A stretch of 64,000 nucleotides of DNA from Vicugna vicugna. Its lineage: Eukaryota. The position numbers were made by a program, and so were the translations under genes. Location of the stretch: NCBI GenBank assembly GCA_013265495.1, contig MU058844.1, positions 3,357,819-3,421,818 on the forward strand, given 5' to 3'. Within the stretch, counting starts at the first letter, position 1. Each line of letters starts with the position of its first letter. Positions 35,451-50,681 of the stretch are shown in pieces. A model generated the notes under the pieces. It did not search any database and was not told the origin of the DNA. It was given only the letters and a program-made list of their open reading frames with translations.

Positions 35451-36961
35451 CATCCTTGTCACCATCATTGGATATCTCATTCTTGTTTAATTTTTAAATA
35501 CATTATGTAACTTAAGTTGATAATTTTCCCTACCCAAGGAAGTAACGTGTGACTGTCCCAAGAGGCTGGTCAAAACATTTGTATTTATATATAAAACGAT
35601 GTCAATATGAAGAGGAGGCAGAGCTCTGTCATCCAGTGGATGGGGCCCAGACAACAGAGGTACAGGTGACCGGGCCGGCTCCAGGAGGAGTCATTTAGCT
35701 CCCACCTACTAGGTGCCAAGTCTGGATGTGTCCATCAGGGAACTCAACATAAGCAAAAGCACCGAATGTTGATTTAGCTAATCAAGACAGAGTATGCCAT
35801 GTGCATTCTGACTAGTAATAATAGCTATTAGTGTCCTATGTCTATTTTCTTTCAAAAATAATTTGAAGTGGTTTATGATAAGTGACATACCGATGTATAC
35901 ATCAGTCACTGGAGGGAATGGGGAGACAGTGCTATCTAGAGCCATGTCACCTTGGTTAGTGCAAATTTGGCATGAGGAGATACAGCCTGAGTGGCTTGCA
36001 GCCAGGGTATTAATGGAATGATGGTGGCTGACATATTTTCATTTTCTAATAACAAGAATTTCTATCAAGTTGTTCAGATAAGAGAAAATTTTTCCTGGAC
36101 TAAATGCTAGGAGATACTTTATTCCTTGCCCTTGTATTGAATTCTCTATGTATAATATAAACATTAAAAAGAAAAAAGTAACACTAATGTAAGACAGAAC
36201 TTATGAAAGTTTGAAAAGTCGTCAATAATGTGAAGTTTTGGATTTCAAAACATTCCTTTAATAATCACAGCCCCTGATATGTGCCACATATCTGTGCTGG
36301 GTTTTAAGTATGTGGAAATGAAAGACAGCCTTAGCCTCAAGGAGCTCGTATAATGTAATGGAAAAATAGATATGAATAATTATGAAGGGATGTGTCCCAT
36401 GGGAAGATGATACGCATGATGATAAGGAAGTGTGCGGTGGGGCGCTGACCTAGACTTGTGTAAGGAAGAGTCACAGGGACATTCCAAGCCGCAAACTGAG
36501 GGGAGGGAAGGAGAAGAGGAGGCAGCAGCACATTGTCCGATGGGAGCAGGTGGCAAATCGGAACCTTGTGCTCTGTCTACCTGGCATCTATTCCCTATTT
36601 TCTGGAAACAGTGCCCAGGTGTTCCTGAGGAGCCAGCCCTCCCCAACGGTCCCTCTACACGTTCCAGAGTGCCCCATCTCCAGTCCAGCCGCAGGCTCAG
36701 CTCAGGTTTGCCGTCCGGAACCGAGCATCCCCCATCCTATGAGAGCCAGTGAGTCTTGTTGGAACTGCAGGCTCTTGTTGTGGGATTGCTACCTTTGGGC
36801 TTATTTAAACCTGTGCTGCTCTGTGTACGTGCACAAAGAACTGACCTGAGAAAGATGCTGATTCTTTCAGAGGAGGGGGAGCTGTAAGGTGAAGGCGGAA
36901 GACAGAAACTGCTGTCTAGTTACGTGGTGTGGTTTCTGGATGTAGCCATACCTGGAAGTAT

Positions 36962-37021
36962 TTGCGTGCGTGCGTGTGTGTGTCTGTGTGTGTGTGTGTG
37001 TGTGAGAGACAGAGAGAGAGA
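36962..37021. repeat. Compound (GCGT)n/(GT)n/(GA)n microsatellite
   Basis: Read directly from the sequence. Confidence 0.9.
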
Positions 37022-39429
37022 TGAGCCTTAAAAAATTCCCTTTCACTTTTTTTTTTTAAATGCGCTTTCCAAAGGAAATAATGGTGAAGCAGAGTTTGGG
37101 AAAGTGGCAGTTATCTTTGCATCCAGTCATGGTCCCTGTTTTATCTCCATCCCCAGCACTGCCTTGGTTTTCAGCTTCATTATCCTTTGTGGAGACTTCG
37201 GCAATAAACTAAATGTTTTCCATGACTACAGATTTGTGTTTATTCCCTTTCCCCTACAGCTTCCAAAGAGACCTTTGTGAATGCAGATCTGGTTATGCAG
37301 TTCCTCAGGTGAAAACCACCCAGTGACTCCCTGCCGAGGCATACTTGTCCCAGCGTATCTGCTCTGTCTTCTTTTATAACCTTGCCTTTTGTCCCGTTCA
37401 CCATTCACCTTATTGCAGCTACGCAAGGTTCCCCAAGTGTGCGATGCTCTGTATGTTCTGTGCCTCTCCGTGTGTTCCCTTCACGCCTGGGATGCCCCCA
37501 CTTCCACCCTCCCTTCACCATCCTGCTTTGCATCTCTTCCTTCAAGAAATATTTCCGGTTCTTTCAGGCGGAGCCTGCTGTGATTCCCTTCTGCCACCAC
37601 AGTGCCCTGTTAGTGAGGTCTGTGCCACCTTAGGCCTCTCTTCCCTTTAGACTTTGAATTACAAGTGTTTCATTCACTGTGTCTTCCCATGCCAGGGACT
37701 GCTGTACTTTCTGTAGGTACCACAGAAAGCAAATGAGACAGAATTCCTCCTCTCATGGAGCTCCCTCTACCAAAGGGAGACGGGCAGTAATCAAATATAC
37801 CAGTGATAAGTGCTCTGTAGAAAGATACTGTAGGGTAACAGGATGGAGCGACAGGGATTGGAGGTGCTCTTTTACACACAGCGGCCAGGGGAGCCAGCTC
37901 TACTAAGGTGGCGTTGACTGAAGTGAGGGAGCTGGTAAGGTGGGTGTCAGGGGAGAGTGTCCAATTCAGAGTCAGATACAGCGAGAGAGAGACTGCGGGG
38001 CATCAGGTATAGGGTGGGGAAGGCTCAGAGGAATGGTGCAAAAACGTGGGTTGAATGAATTGATGAAGGGTTGACCTCTAATGTGCAGGTGGCTTTGGTG
38101 GGAGTTTTCATGGGCTCCTTCAGAAAAGAGTCATTTTTGTGGATTTTTAAATATCAAACTCAGAACTGCTATACACACGTTATGCATGGGGAATATGTGG
38201 CTTCACTACTTTTTTGTTTTATTCTCTGTTCAGATCGACAGTTTTTCTACTCCACACACCTGGTCTTAATGGAATGCCTTCATCTTGCTGGAACCTTGTG
38301 GTTCTGAGGATTTTTTTGATCAGTTGTGTTCTTACTGTTTGGAATGAGTGATTCATGTGGAATTCTGCAGAGGCCTCTGGAGGAATGTTCTTTGATAAAT
38401 AATTTGGTTAAATTTAATGAATAAGGATTTCATCTTTTTGGCAACTTCCCACATACACGCTTGACCACATGAGTTCTTTCTCACTCATTTGTTACCATCT
38501 TTTTTCTTGGCTCATCTTACTGCAGCTGGAGACCAAGAGAGCTGAGAGGGCTTAGTTGACCATGCAGGCCCAGGCTATTGGTGTTTGTGCAGCTTCCTGA
38601 GAACTTCACTTTGATGAGGTCATCCTAGCCTAGGACTTTCTTCCAAAGGTCTGAAGGATTTGAAGTACTGCCTTTGCTCTTTACCCAGAGGTGAGAAGGC
38701 TCAGGGGGAATGGAGTCAGGCTTCATAAGTGTTAGAGAGTCTGAAACGTGAGCCAGATCCCAGTTTACTCATTTACAGTGACGACGCTAACTTTCAGAGG
38801 GACTGGAACACTTTTGCCTGCCTCAGTCAGAGCCTTCTTCCTCTGCTGACAAAGTCAGAACCAGGGCTCAGTGAGCTCTGGAACTAAGGCAAGAAAGTTT
38901 GTTCAAAAAATCTTGGTGGATAGTTTTCTCAGCTTAGGATAGTGCAATGGGCCCATCTCCTCCACATTACATTCCTGCCAAGGAAACTGCATGATCGGTT
39001 CTGCTGGTCAGGTACTGTCTCCTCTGGGCTGGCTGGAGACACGCCGATCGCTCTTGCCTCTGGCAGTTGCTGGTCACCTCTCTGTTGACATGGTATCTTT
39101 CAGGTGGTGCAGTGTAATTGACTAGTTTCACTAGCATGTGATCTGAGAATATGACGTAACTCCTCTGGGCCTTAGTCTGCTACCCTATAAAATGGGTACT
39201 AAGGGGTACCTTCCTCATAGAGTCATTCTGGAAATTAAACAAGTTCATGAATGTAAATAATGTCAGCTATTAACTGGAACTCACGTTCCAGTTTTTTCTC
39301 CTAGGGATTATACTGGAGTCACCTTTAGGCTGTGTTCCAAAGTCATTCACACAACTGCACATAATGCTTGAGGTCGCTGCTCCAGGTAGCTACTCTCAAC
39401 CTTTGGATGCATTTTATGTACTTAACTAT

Positions 39430-41490
39430 AGATGCTAACTTTGTTTTAAAGTACTTGGGTCTGAAAAACTTTGCCTTTTAATTGAAGTGCTTAGTCCACT
39501 TAAATTTATGTAACTAGTCCTATGGTTAGGATTAAGTCTACCATCTCACTCTTTGTTTTCTATTTGTTTCATTTGTTTATTTCTTTTTACTACTTTTGGA
39601 TCAATTGAGTGTTTCTTAGTATCCTATTATCTCCTCTATTGGCTTTTTAGCTTTTCTCTTTGTCTTGTATTTTTGTTTCGTGGGAACCTCTAGAGGTTAC
39701 AGTATGCATTCTTAACATATCACAGTCTATTCTTGAATTAATTTCATGCCATTCTATATACAATATTAGAACTTATAAAAATTCTAATGTTAAAATTTAC
39801 AAAAATATATCTCTATTTACCCACCTCTTGACAGTTTTACTTCTGCATATGATATGCAGCCACATACATAAAGGAACCATTTTCTTCTAAAGAAAATAAG
39901 AAGCAAAAAGGCTTTTATATTTACGGCCATATTTACCTTTTCCAGCACTCTTTATTCCTTTGTGTAGATCCAGGTTTCCATCTCATGTCATTTCCCTTCA
40001 CCCTAAAAAACTTCATTTACTATTTCTAATATTACAGGGCTCCTGGTAATGAGTTCTCTCAGCTTTTTGTTTATCCTTTTTAGAGGATATTTTTGCTGAG
40101 AAGTAGAATTTTATTTCAGTGGCTAATTCTTCTTTCAGCACTTTAAAGACATCATTCCTGGTTTGTGTTTTTTATATGAAAGCAGCATATTCCCCTGTAT
40201 GTAATGTGTGTTTTCTTTCTCTCCTGCTCTAGGATTTTTGTTTTTAGTGATTAATCTTTTGTTTTCAGTTATTTGACCATGATGAACCTAGACAGGGCTT
40301 TGTGTATTTTTCTTGTGGTTCACTGGACTGTGTGGATCTATGGACTGATATTTTCATCATGTTTGGAAAAATTTTGTCTTTTCTTCATATATTATTTCTC
40401 TACCCTAATTTTTTTTCTCATCTCTTTCTGGAACTCCAAGTTCATGTTTGACCACTTGATATCGTCCCACCATTTATTGAGGCTTTGTTCATTTTCTCAA
40501 GCTTTTTTTCCTCTTTGTACTTAAGTTTGCATAGTTTCTACTGGCCTGTCTTCAAGTTCACTGGTGCTTTTTGTCCATGCAGTGTCCAATCTACTGTAAG
40601 CTTATCCATTTCTCTGATGAGATTTTCCATTTGCTTGCTCCTTACGCCCATCTTTTCCTTAAATCCTTGAACATATTTATAATAACTATTTTAAAGTCTT
40701 TGTCTGCCAATTCCAACATCTATGGCAAATCTGGGTCAAAGTTTTTTGCTTCTTTGTATGTTTTTTAATTTTTTGTTGTATGCCTAAACATTGGTAAGTG
40801 TATGAGAGTATGGATCACTCTGTCTTCTAAAACATGTTGAATTTTGTTCTGGCAAACAATTAACTTCTCCTGGCCCAGCTAGATTTTGTTGGATTTAGAC
40901 TTTTTAGGGTGGATCTAGAGTAGCCTTTATTGTTAGGCTGTATGGTACTAGTGGCCTTTCTGAGGCCTCAGCTGAATGCCTGGAGTGCTCACCCAAATCT
41001 GTTCAGAGCTTGAACATCTCTCAGTGCTGGGTAGTCGCAGGAATCTCTGTTCAGCTCACAGTCTCCGTTCTCTACCAAGCCTTGTTTTCTTGTGCATAAG
41101 CAGGTTTGTATTGACCACTCATTGGGACTCATAGGCAAATTTTGGGGAGTTTCAGCCCTTCAGAGCTCCTCTCTTCTATCCTGCCTTCAAAATTCCAGCC
41201 AAGCCCTTTAGCAGATCTGAATTCTGACTCCCATTTCCTCTGCCTAGTGAGACTGCAGCTACTTCCTTGGGCTCTATGTCCTTATGCCATGGTCTGAAAA
41301 ATGCTCCTCTGTAGAAATCGAGGATGGATTTCTCACTTGTTTTTTCTCTCTTAAGATTCATAACCCTGTGCTTTCTCTTTTCCAGTAACTAAAAACAGTT
41401 GCTTTGTATATTTTGCTGACTTGTGTGATTGTTTATGCTTGGGGAGTAAGTCTGATAATCGTTATTCCCCCCATCTAGAACGGGAAGTTT
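39430..41490 (-). mobile_element. Old L1M 5' UTR/ORF1-region remnant, antisense
   Basis: T-rich degenerate L1 motifs (tctctcagctttttgttt...ggatatttttgctg...tttcagcactttaaagac); the right end reads on the minus strand as an L1M 5' end. Confidence 0.6.
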
Positions 41491-43204
41491 TGCCTGAGGA
41501 ATTTACTGGAAATTGACAAGCCAATTTCAAAAGTCATTGTGAATGAGTTAAATGTGGGAGAATAGCCAAGAAAAGATAAGAAAAAATTGGAAGAAACTTG
41601 TCCAGCCACCTCCGAGAAAACAGTATAAAACTATAGGAATTAAAATATGGTGATCATGGTACAGGATTAGGAAAATAGAATGTAGAAAGCCTAGATGCAG
41701 ACCCCATATATGTTTTCTGATAAAGATGGCATTTCCAATCAGTGGGGAAGTAGATGAATAGTTATTTAATATGTAGTTAAGATAATATTAAGTAGCTATT
41801 TAGTATGTAGTTAAGATAATTAGATTTCTATTTTGAAAAATATACAGTTGAATCTTTATTGCACACCAAACATTTACAAAAATTGTAGATGAATTAAACA
41901 ACTAAACATTAAAACTAGTCTAAGTGATACTGCTTTTCCTCCCAATGCGTGGACAGTATATTTAAATGAATGTAGAGGGTCAGTAGAGCAGTGATTTCTC
42001 CCTTTAGTATTTGAATTTTAAATGTGCCATGGACTTAAGTCATTAAAATTCTATGTCTGTCTGGGCACAGTGCTTATTTTGAGTTGTCCCTGGAGCCCAG
42101 ACTTACTCCATGTGGCACAGAGATAGTGCCCATTACTGTAAGAAGAGGTGAAGAGCTGTGTCCTCTGTTTGACTAACTATTGTTAGGATCATGCATCTCA
42201 ATTCACAGAAATATTTTTAAGGTATCTCATCTATTGAGATATAGTCATGCTTTCAAAATATAAATTAGTATAGTCTTTTTAGAAATTAATTTGTAAAATA
42301 TTTTAGGAGTCTTTGTTACAGTGATTCTACAATTGTAAATTTACCCTAAATACTCTTTTGTATTCAAAAGAAAAAACTTTGTATTTAAAGATATTGCTTT
42401 CAGCATAATTTATAATGATGAGAAAATGGAAATCACCAAATTTTCCGAGTAAAGAAAGCTGGTTAAGTAAATTTAAATTACTATGTAGCCATTGAAAGAG
42501 GGATTTGTGCAAATAATGAGATGGAAACATGTTTATGTGTGAGGTAAGAGGAGCAAAATTCAGAATTCATGATTATAATAAACATGAACAAAAGATAAAG
42601 TACCTCTCTTACACAAAACATTTTGTGACTTTGTTGGGTGATGGCACTGTGGGCTTTTTTTTACTTACTATATTTCCCAGTTTTGTTTTGTTTTAAACAA
42701 GCAATTTGTCCTTAATGAGTAATGAAGAAAACATGTGTCATTTGAAATATCTACATATGCAGATGAAAAATAGCATTTTTTTAGTGGCAGAAGAATTTTT
42801 CTAAAAGTTAAAATTTTTATAGCTCTGTTTTTTTTTTTTAATAGTGTATATTGTGGGATGACTTATGTTTCTTTAGGGTGTCCTCAGCCAAAAATAGACG
42901 CTAATGAGACAACTTTTCCAACATTATTGGTTTTTTAGCATTAATTTTTAGGGGGGAAATCTGACCTTAATTTTCAGTTTTTGCTAGTGTTACAAGTGAT
43001 CTTTGATCATCTGAATTGCAAAATTTTTTTAAATTTTGCTCAAATACATATAATATAAAATTTACCATTTAACCACTTTTAAATATATAGTTCAATGGAG
43101 TTAAATACATTCATGTTGTGCAAAAAGTTGCAAAGGTTTTAAACATTAGCTTTTGTTAGCTATAATATTGTTAGTCCCAATTCCCTTAAAAAGTTTTTTT
43201 AAAT

Positions 43205-44030
43205 GCCCTACATATTTACTGAGGACCTCCTCAGTGCCATGGACTGTGTCTGGGGATACAAGACTGAATAAGACAGATACGGTTTCTCTCTTCTTGGAGT
43301 TTACATTCTGTTAGGGGAGCAAATAAAATGGTTGTAAGTGAGCTTACTCTAAGACACTTACTGGGGAGCAAACCTTCTGTGGGAGAGGAGTTCAGAAAAG
43401 CTTTTCCTGAGGAACTGACCCTGAACAGAGACTTGAAGGAGCAGTAAAGTCCTCTTGGGAATTTTAAGCTAGGCCGAGTAGGGAGCAGTGTTTGAAGCAC
43501 AGGGACCGGCATGTGCGGGAACACTTGGGGCTCGGGAAGGACCTGAGAGAAGAGGGGTGTGGTGCCAGGAAGTGTAAGGTTATGGAGTCGAAGAGACAGG
43601 ACGGCAGATCCTGGAGGACCTGGCAAGCAGGGGTAAGGATGTCAGACTTTTTCCCAAAGGAAATTAAAACTGAAGGGTTTTAATCAGAAAAATTTGATTG
43701 AAGATTTAAAAGTCACTTCTGTTGCTTGTGGAGAATAGAAGACAGCAGGACCTATTAAGGTCTGAAGAGGCAAGGCCTGATAGTGGATTGGAATGTGGTG
43801 AGTGGAGGAGAAAGGAATCAAGCTTGACTCCTAGGTTTCTGGCTTGAGAGACCATTTTCTGAGAAAAGGAACACTGAAGAAGGAGCAGTTTGGAGAGGAC
43901 GATGATGAGTTCAGATTTGAACAAGTTCAGAGTCAGAGGTGTCTCCAGGATATCCAAGAGGAAACGCTTAGTAGGCAGTTGTACTTATGGGTGGAGATCC
44001 CAGGAAAGGAGTCTGGGCACGTAAATGGTA
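43205..44030 (-). mobile_element. L2 fragment
   Basis: catatttactgag...ggagtttacattct...gactcctaggtttctggcttg...gatgagttcagatttgaac. Confidence 0.75.
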
Positions 44031-46519
44031 AATGACCCAACAAGTAATTAGCATGTTTCGTGCCATACTTAAATCTTTTTATATCTCTTTTTATCCGTTT
44101 TTTGTGTCTCAGCAGTTACAGGAATGAATCCTGTTACTACATTCAACAGATGATTTCTTTTCTAATGCTGACCAACACTTAAAAAAAAAATGTTTTGCTT
44201 ATTGCCTTGAACTTCACCTTCAGTATAAACCCCAAATCCCATCAAAGCAAACTCTGAGACTGCCACTTTTTTGTTTTAATGAGTCTATGAAAGTTTTAGG
44301 TCTGAATGCAATCCAAACTCTCTCATCCAAATAGAAAACAGTGGCCAGGGTGGTTCTTAGTTTCAAAAGGTTGCATAGCTGGACAGTTGCAAAGTTGGCC
44401 TTAGAATCCAGGACTCGGTACTGACCGAGCAGTCTTACTTTCACTGTTTTTTACTGCTTTCCCCTCTTATTGAATATCTGCTGGCTTCAGAGTACCTCTT
44501 ACTAACCATATGTTTCTTAAGGGACATGGAACAGTGTCTACTCTGGTCTCAGAGCCCTGAGGGCCAGAAATGTGGGATTTTGTGGGGGTTTTTTTGGGAG
44601 AATATTTTTCTTTCTGTATTTCCTTCATTCTTCCATTTTTTTCCCCACTATTCCTTTTCTATCCCTTACTTGAATTCCTTTTTTCTTTTTTACACCTACA
44701 CAGCTGGAGCCAGTGGGTATGGCTGATATTGGGTGCTAAATAGATGTCCATCACCCTTGGAATCCAGATTGGTCCTCAGGGACCATATCTAGTTCCTAAA
44801 TGTGGCATGTCTTCCTCCCAAGTTAAACTTCTGGTTCCTTCTCCCGCTTGGAGGGCTGATGGTTTGAGTCATAAGCTCTCATCTCAGAAAGCTTAGCCCT
44901 TCCTCCATGCAGCTGCGTGTCTGGTGGGTGTCGGGGTTGTGTGCCTTTGCTGTTCTTTTTCTCCCAGCTTTACTGAGATATAACTGACACATAACCTTAT
45001 GTAAGTGTAAGGTGCACTCTGTGATGATTTGACACATGCATGTATATATTGTTTTTATAGAATATTTAGTCAGATGATAGGGAATATCCAAATGAAATTT
45101 TGATTTCCTGTGAAAGCACTTTAAAGTTTCTCAGGGTTCATGGACCTGTGTGTCTCACTAGTGAGTGAAGAACTCAATGACTGTGCATGTGGACCTACAA
45201 CTTTATATATAGTTTCAGGAACTCCATAGATTCAAAGTTAAAGAACTCCTGTTATGTGACTCTCAAGGACATGTAAACCAGTTTTTCTAGAAAAAAGTTC
45301 ACGATTTTCCTTTTTTCCTCCAATGAGTACCAATATATTTGAAGGGATTGACTAATAATTCAGTTAACTTCTCTAGTGCCTTACAGACAGTCCGTGTCTG
45401 CTGATCCATTAGTCACTGTTGACTAATGTAATGTCCATCTCGGTGACACACTCTCTGGATGTTTTAAAAAGTGGTTGGGTGGTACTGAGTTAGAGAGTTA
45501 GAAACTTATTGGTAATGTCTTGGTAGAAATTTTATATCCTCTTAACAGTCTCAAAATTAATAACCTGGTTAGTTATTGTTTGAGCCCTGACCAAAAGAGG
45601 ACTGTCCTTTTCTGATAAAAGTCAGGGCCAAAGAGAAGCCTGTTTTATTGGTGCTAACCCATTTCTGTGTATCCAATTAAAAATAAAAGGGAGAAGAAGA
45701 TACAAACCTCCAGCCCCTCCAAAGGCAAAAAAAAAAACCAACAAACCACACAGAGAGTGTATGCAGGGATTATAATGTAGTGTCCAGAGTGGGTGGCATG
45801 CTTACCTGAGTTCCCCTGGGTTGTGTAGAGCTGGAGGTTGGAACACCCCCTCCTCGGGCACCAGCTTCTTTCGTCCCGGCCAGCTCCTCTCCTCTCCACT
45901 TACCCGAAGCTCACATTACTTTCGTTTCTCTAGTGCTGGGGAAATTTCTCCAGGCTATAGCCCCCTGCCCAGGATGAATTTCTGGCTGGTCAGGATACCT
46001 TCTTTTCCATATTCACAAGTTGTTTTAAAATCCTATTTCTTCTGTGGAGCTTCTCGTGACAAACTGGCACCTTTTTGTTACAAACTGTTTTCTTATTATC
46101 TAAAAGTATATTATTTGTGTGCCATCCCTACATCCTTCTCCTTATAATGAAAGCCTCATGAGGGCAGGGGTATTATCGGTCTCACTCACCGCGATATTCC
46201 TGTTACCCAGGACGGAGCCCAGTGCCTGGGCTGGCAGGTGCTCAATTAAGTGTTTGAATGAATTAATGAACGGATATTTTCCCCATCAGTCCCTCAAGGT
46301 CTCTGATAGGGTATGACATCAGACACACTGGTTTTTATTAAAGGATAGACTGGCGGTTAGCCTGTCAGGCAGAGCCCAGTCACATAGCCTCCTAAGAGCA
46401 TTTGCCTTGTGGTTTTCCTCCACTTCAGAACTTTCTGTGGTTACACAGAAGCCACACGGAACTTCCTGTGCTCTCATTTGGTTAGTAGAAGAAACTTTTC
46501 TTTCTGTCAGACTTAAGCA

Positions 46520-46735
46520 GAGTGGCTGAGAGGTTTGGCTCTAGAGCCAGACTGGCGGGTTCACATCTTCCTGCCTGTGTGACTGGCGGTTACTGATCCT
46601 CTACGTGCCTTGGTTTAGTCATCTGTAAATGAGGCTGCAATAGCACTTGTTTTGTACAGTTATTTTGAGGAGTAAATGAGTTGCTACAGGTAAAGTGTTA
46701 AGAACCATTCTAGGACATAGATGCTCAGTAAATGC
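46520..46735 (+). mobile_element. MIR
   Basis: ggctctagagccagact...tcatctgtaaatgagg...gtaaagtgttaagaac...gctcagtaaatg. Confidence 0.7.
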
Positions 46736-48120
46736 AGGCAGGATAATGGTGATGCTGCTGATGGTGGTGGAGGTATTTGGCCAATAATGTCATAGAGTGA
46801 GAATATTTGTACTTTGCTTTTAGTCTGATCATTCCATTTTATTACACTGTTTTCACCATTGCTTTCTTAAAATACAAGAATCTGGTCATCTCTTAGAAAT
46901 ATTCATATTTAAAATGTTCACATTAAGTAATTTTTTAAAAGATAGCTTGTTAAGAAGCACAGTTTGATTCCTTGCACTAGTTGTTTACAATTATTATGCA
47001 AAGTTTATTTTCATGGGGGTACTGAATAGGTTTTTTTCCCCAGGGTCTATAGACCAAAATAAGTTTCATATATTTGGAACATTTCTACAGTACTATCTTT
47101 CATATTTGAATCTTCTTCACTCCTCACATATTTTTTTCTGAAGGGAAAGATTAATAAAATATGTTGTCATACAATCAATTTGAACTACCCAGTGTGGAAG
47201 ATATTTCCTTGGAAGGTTATTTTCTTGAATTTTTAAAGACTAGTTCACACAGAATTTAATTATGCTTCTATATCCCTTTTAAAATATGGTGTATTCATAA
47301 ATTCTAGATTCAGAGTTTCTGTTAGGAAGAATTATTTTTAGGCCAGCCTTAAGGACAGGGAGGAAGAGGGAGGGAACAGTGAGAGAGAACAAAAAGAAAA
47401 ACCTTCAATTATAATCCACACCCTTAGTTGATGGCTTTTACAGTAATCTTGCCATAGAGGGAAACTACAAGTAAAACTGAAACCTAATCAGTTCTATGAC
47501 CTAAATCTGTGTTTTTTGGGTTTTATTATTACTAAAATATTAAAATGAAAACACTATTCATAGTTTCCTAATAGTCTAAAAAATTTCATTTTCTTTTTGG
47601 TCTTCTGCTCTTCTGTCTCTGTTTTAAAATGGCACTTAAGGGAAAAAAAGAACCTTGGAAAGGATCTTAAAAGGAGAGAGAGCATAAAAGCAGTAGACAA
47701 GATGTCTGAGAATTTTCTCCTTTGGTTTTTGATGAGGCGTGTGGATAAAAGGTGTGTCCATGAAGTTCTGTAGAAGTGAGTTTTCCTATTTTCAGTCGAT
47801 TGGAGCTGTCTGGCCTCCCCACGAACAGAAAGTTACAGGCTTGGGGAGGTGGTTTTTTTGTTGATATCATCTAATTTTAATTCTCAACACACCAGTCCTT
47901 TTCATTGTTTGTTTTACCAAAAGCTTCATGCAGGGTTGGTAGGGTGAGTAATAGAGGCTCTCTTGGGTCACATGGGTAACAGCGGAAAATGACAAAATAG
48001 AAAAAAGAAGTAAAGAGTACTTTAAAAAAAAAAAAAAACAAGGTGCTTGGCTTGGAAGCAGTGCAGACCTAGGGCAGAGGCCATGAAACTAAATTATTTA
48101 AATAAAAGAGTGAAAGGTGA

Positions 48121-48441
<321 letters not shown>

Positions 48442-48571
48442 TAAGTCCAGTTCTCTTTTTGCATTTATATGGTTTTGTTTGCTAAGGAGACATTTAATTA
48501 TTACAATTCAAATAAAGAGATGAGAGTAAAGAGAAATCACAGTATTAAACCATCTTATTCTTTCTTCCTAG

Positions 48572-48687
48572 GTTTGCAAATTTTGTGGCTTTTAACCCTA
48601 ATGGCACATGCATAGCTTCAGCGGGTTCTGATCATACCGTGAAAATCTGGGATATAAGAGTGAACAAATTACTCCAACATTATCAAG
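48572..48687 (+). CDS. POC1B: POC1B exon 6 ([27 protein letters not shown]...QHYQ)
   Basis: Acceptor tttcttcctag, donor gtaaca, 116 nt. Confidence 0.96.
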
Positions 48688-49796
48688 GTAACAGTTTCCA
48701 TAACAAAATTCAGTTGTTGAGTGGGCTCCTCTGGGAAATTCTTACACCGACGGACTGTTCTTCACGTGGGCTCGGTCCTCTTAGGGAGAGTCATGAGCTG
48801 CCTTTGGACTGACTAGAGAACAGTTTGCCCCCATCAGCAGCTTGGTCTGAGGAGCTGGGGTGGGTGCCCAAGTGCAGAGGAAGGTGTGGGGACCTTAAAA
48901 ATGATGCCAGGGCTGAGATTAAAAAAAAAAATTCCTGGGAGATTTTCAAACTTTGGTTATCTGCTTTGTATGAGAAGTATGGGAGAGAAATTAACTCAGA
49001 AGGAGTTTCATGAGCACAAATAGGTGTTATAACTGGTAGAAAACAGCATTCTACTGTGCCTGTGTATTGAAGTTAAAAGAGAATTGAATTGATTTCTTAG
49101 AGTATAGTGGATTTGTGTTAAATCCACATTTCTCTTTCTTAATAAATATGGTATTTATCATGTAGCAGTCACTGTGCTAAATCCTCACAACAGCCCTAAG
49201 AGGTATTATTATTATTACCTCCATTTTAAAGATAAGGAAATTGAGGCTTAAAGAGGCGAAGTAACTTGCTAAAATAATTGATAGAACTGACATGGGTCTT
49301 TCTGTTTACAAAGTACATTTTTACAAAGTACATTGCCGAGCAAACTTTTGATCGCTGTGTTATACTGCCTCCTATTGGAAGAATGGTGTCCAGAAATGAA
49401 TTCTCAAGCTGTCAAGACTGCCCTTCTCCAAATCCATCTCCATACTCTTCACCCTTTGTCCCAAGCCACTAATTGGTCATTACATTTAGTTTAAGGCTGG
49501 GTTGTATACCTTATGTGAGCTGGTGGTTATCAACTATTGCTTATATTGACAATGTATCTGACAGTTTTTTGTTACATGGTTAATAAGATCATCTTCCCAT
49601 GACACTCATTTGTAAAGCTATTCTGACTCGTGAGCTAGAAGCTTAAGCTGTTTGATGCCAAACTACTTATTTGTTTTGGGGAGCTATAGGGAATTTTGGT
49701 GCTGTGGAGACATTGCCTCTAATTGATTTTTATTTCCAACCTAATACTGATAATAGGGTAAAGGGGCATCTTTAGAATCAAGAATTGTTCTCTTAG

Positions 49797-49961
<165 letters not shown>

Positions 49962-50641
49962 TGAATGCTAAGACTTCTGCTTCTTAAATAATATATATTT
50001 TACAGTTTTGATCCATTTTATTATATGGCTTTATTGTTTATCTAAGTGTAGCATACATTGCTGCTATCACAAAATTTATTTTTTGCTTCCAAGGCTATGT
50101 TTTTATTCTCTGAAGGCAATTCTTAGGAATATTATTTATTGTAATTCTTGTCAAAATCAACATGTATCTTTCAGTGGCCATTAAATTAATCCTCCACTGC
50201 TGTCTTCATCAGTATGTAGTATAGGTGTGACCGGTTAAATGGTGATGGATACGTTTTCTCCTTACTTCTGATCTTTCCCCTCACATGGAGCCTGTCCCAC
50301 TAGCTCTGACCCTCTGAGCCTCTCACACCCCCGCACTCATTCCTTTTGCTAATCTGTTTGGTGAGTTTAGAAGGAGAAATCTCTTGGGAGCCTGTCCTCT
50401 CTGTTTTCCTCTGATACTTCTCGTGGGGAGGCCTGCTGTTGTCCAGTCTTGTCTGTGACTGGATTCTCAAATCTGACTCATTCTGGGATTCAGTTCTAGA
50501 AAGCCCATTTGCCCACAGATAAAGCCACATTCTCGCTTTACAAGCCTTCATCAGTACGAAAGGTGATATTCCTTTGTCTCATATTTCACTTGGTTTAGAA
50601 CCCAGTGGGGAAGTGGGTGCTGTCTGTGGAGACTGTTCAAT

Positions 50642-50642
<1 letters not shown>

Positions 50643-50680
<38 letters not shown>
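50643..50680. repeat. (CA)n microsatellite
   Basis: Read directly from the sequence. Confidence 0.9.

Positions 50681-50681
<1 letters not shown>

Noticed and set aside
39272..39298. 9-bp hairpin (AACTGGAAC-tcac-GTTCCAGTT) followed by a T-run, resembling a bacterial terminator
   Set aside because: Mammalian intron context; a stem this short is expected by chance in 64 kb.
41762..41822. Imperfect tandem duplication of tatgtagttaagataat
   Set aside because: Two-copy slippage event within an old L1 fragment; not an array.
48585..48600. FVAFNP where I recall FVDFNP in human POC1B
   Set aside because: This WD40 strand position is variable (D, Q, K and S occur in the other repeats here); no reason to infer loss of function.
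49305..49334. 15-bp tandem duplication TTTACAAAGTACATT x2
   Set aside because: Ordinary micro-duplication in an intron with no sign of function.
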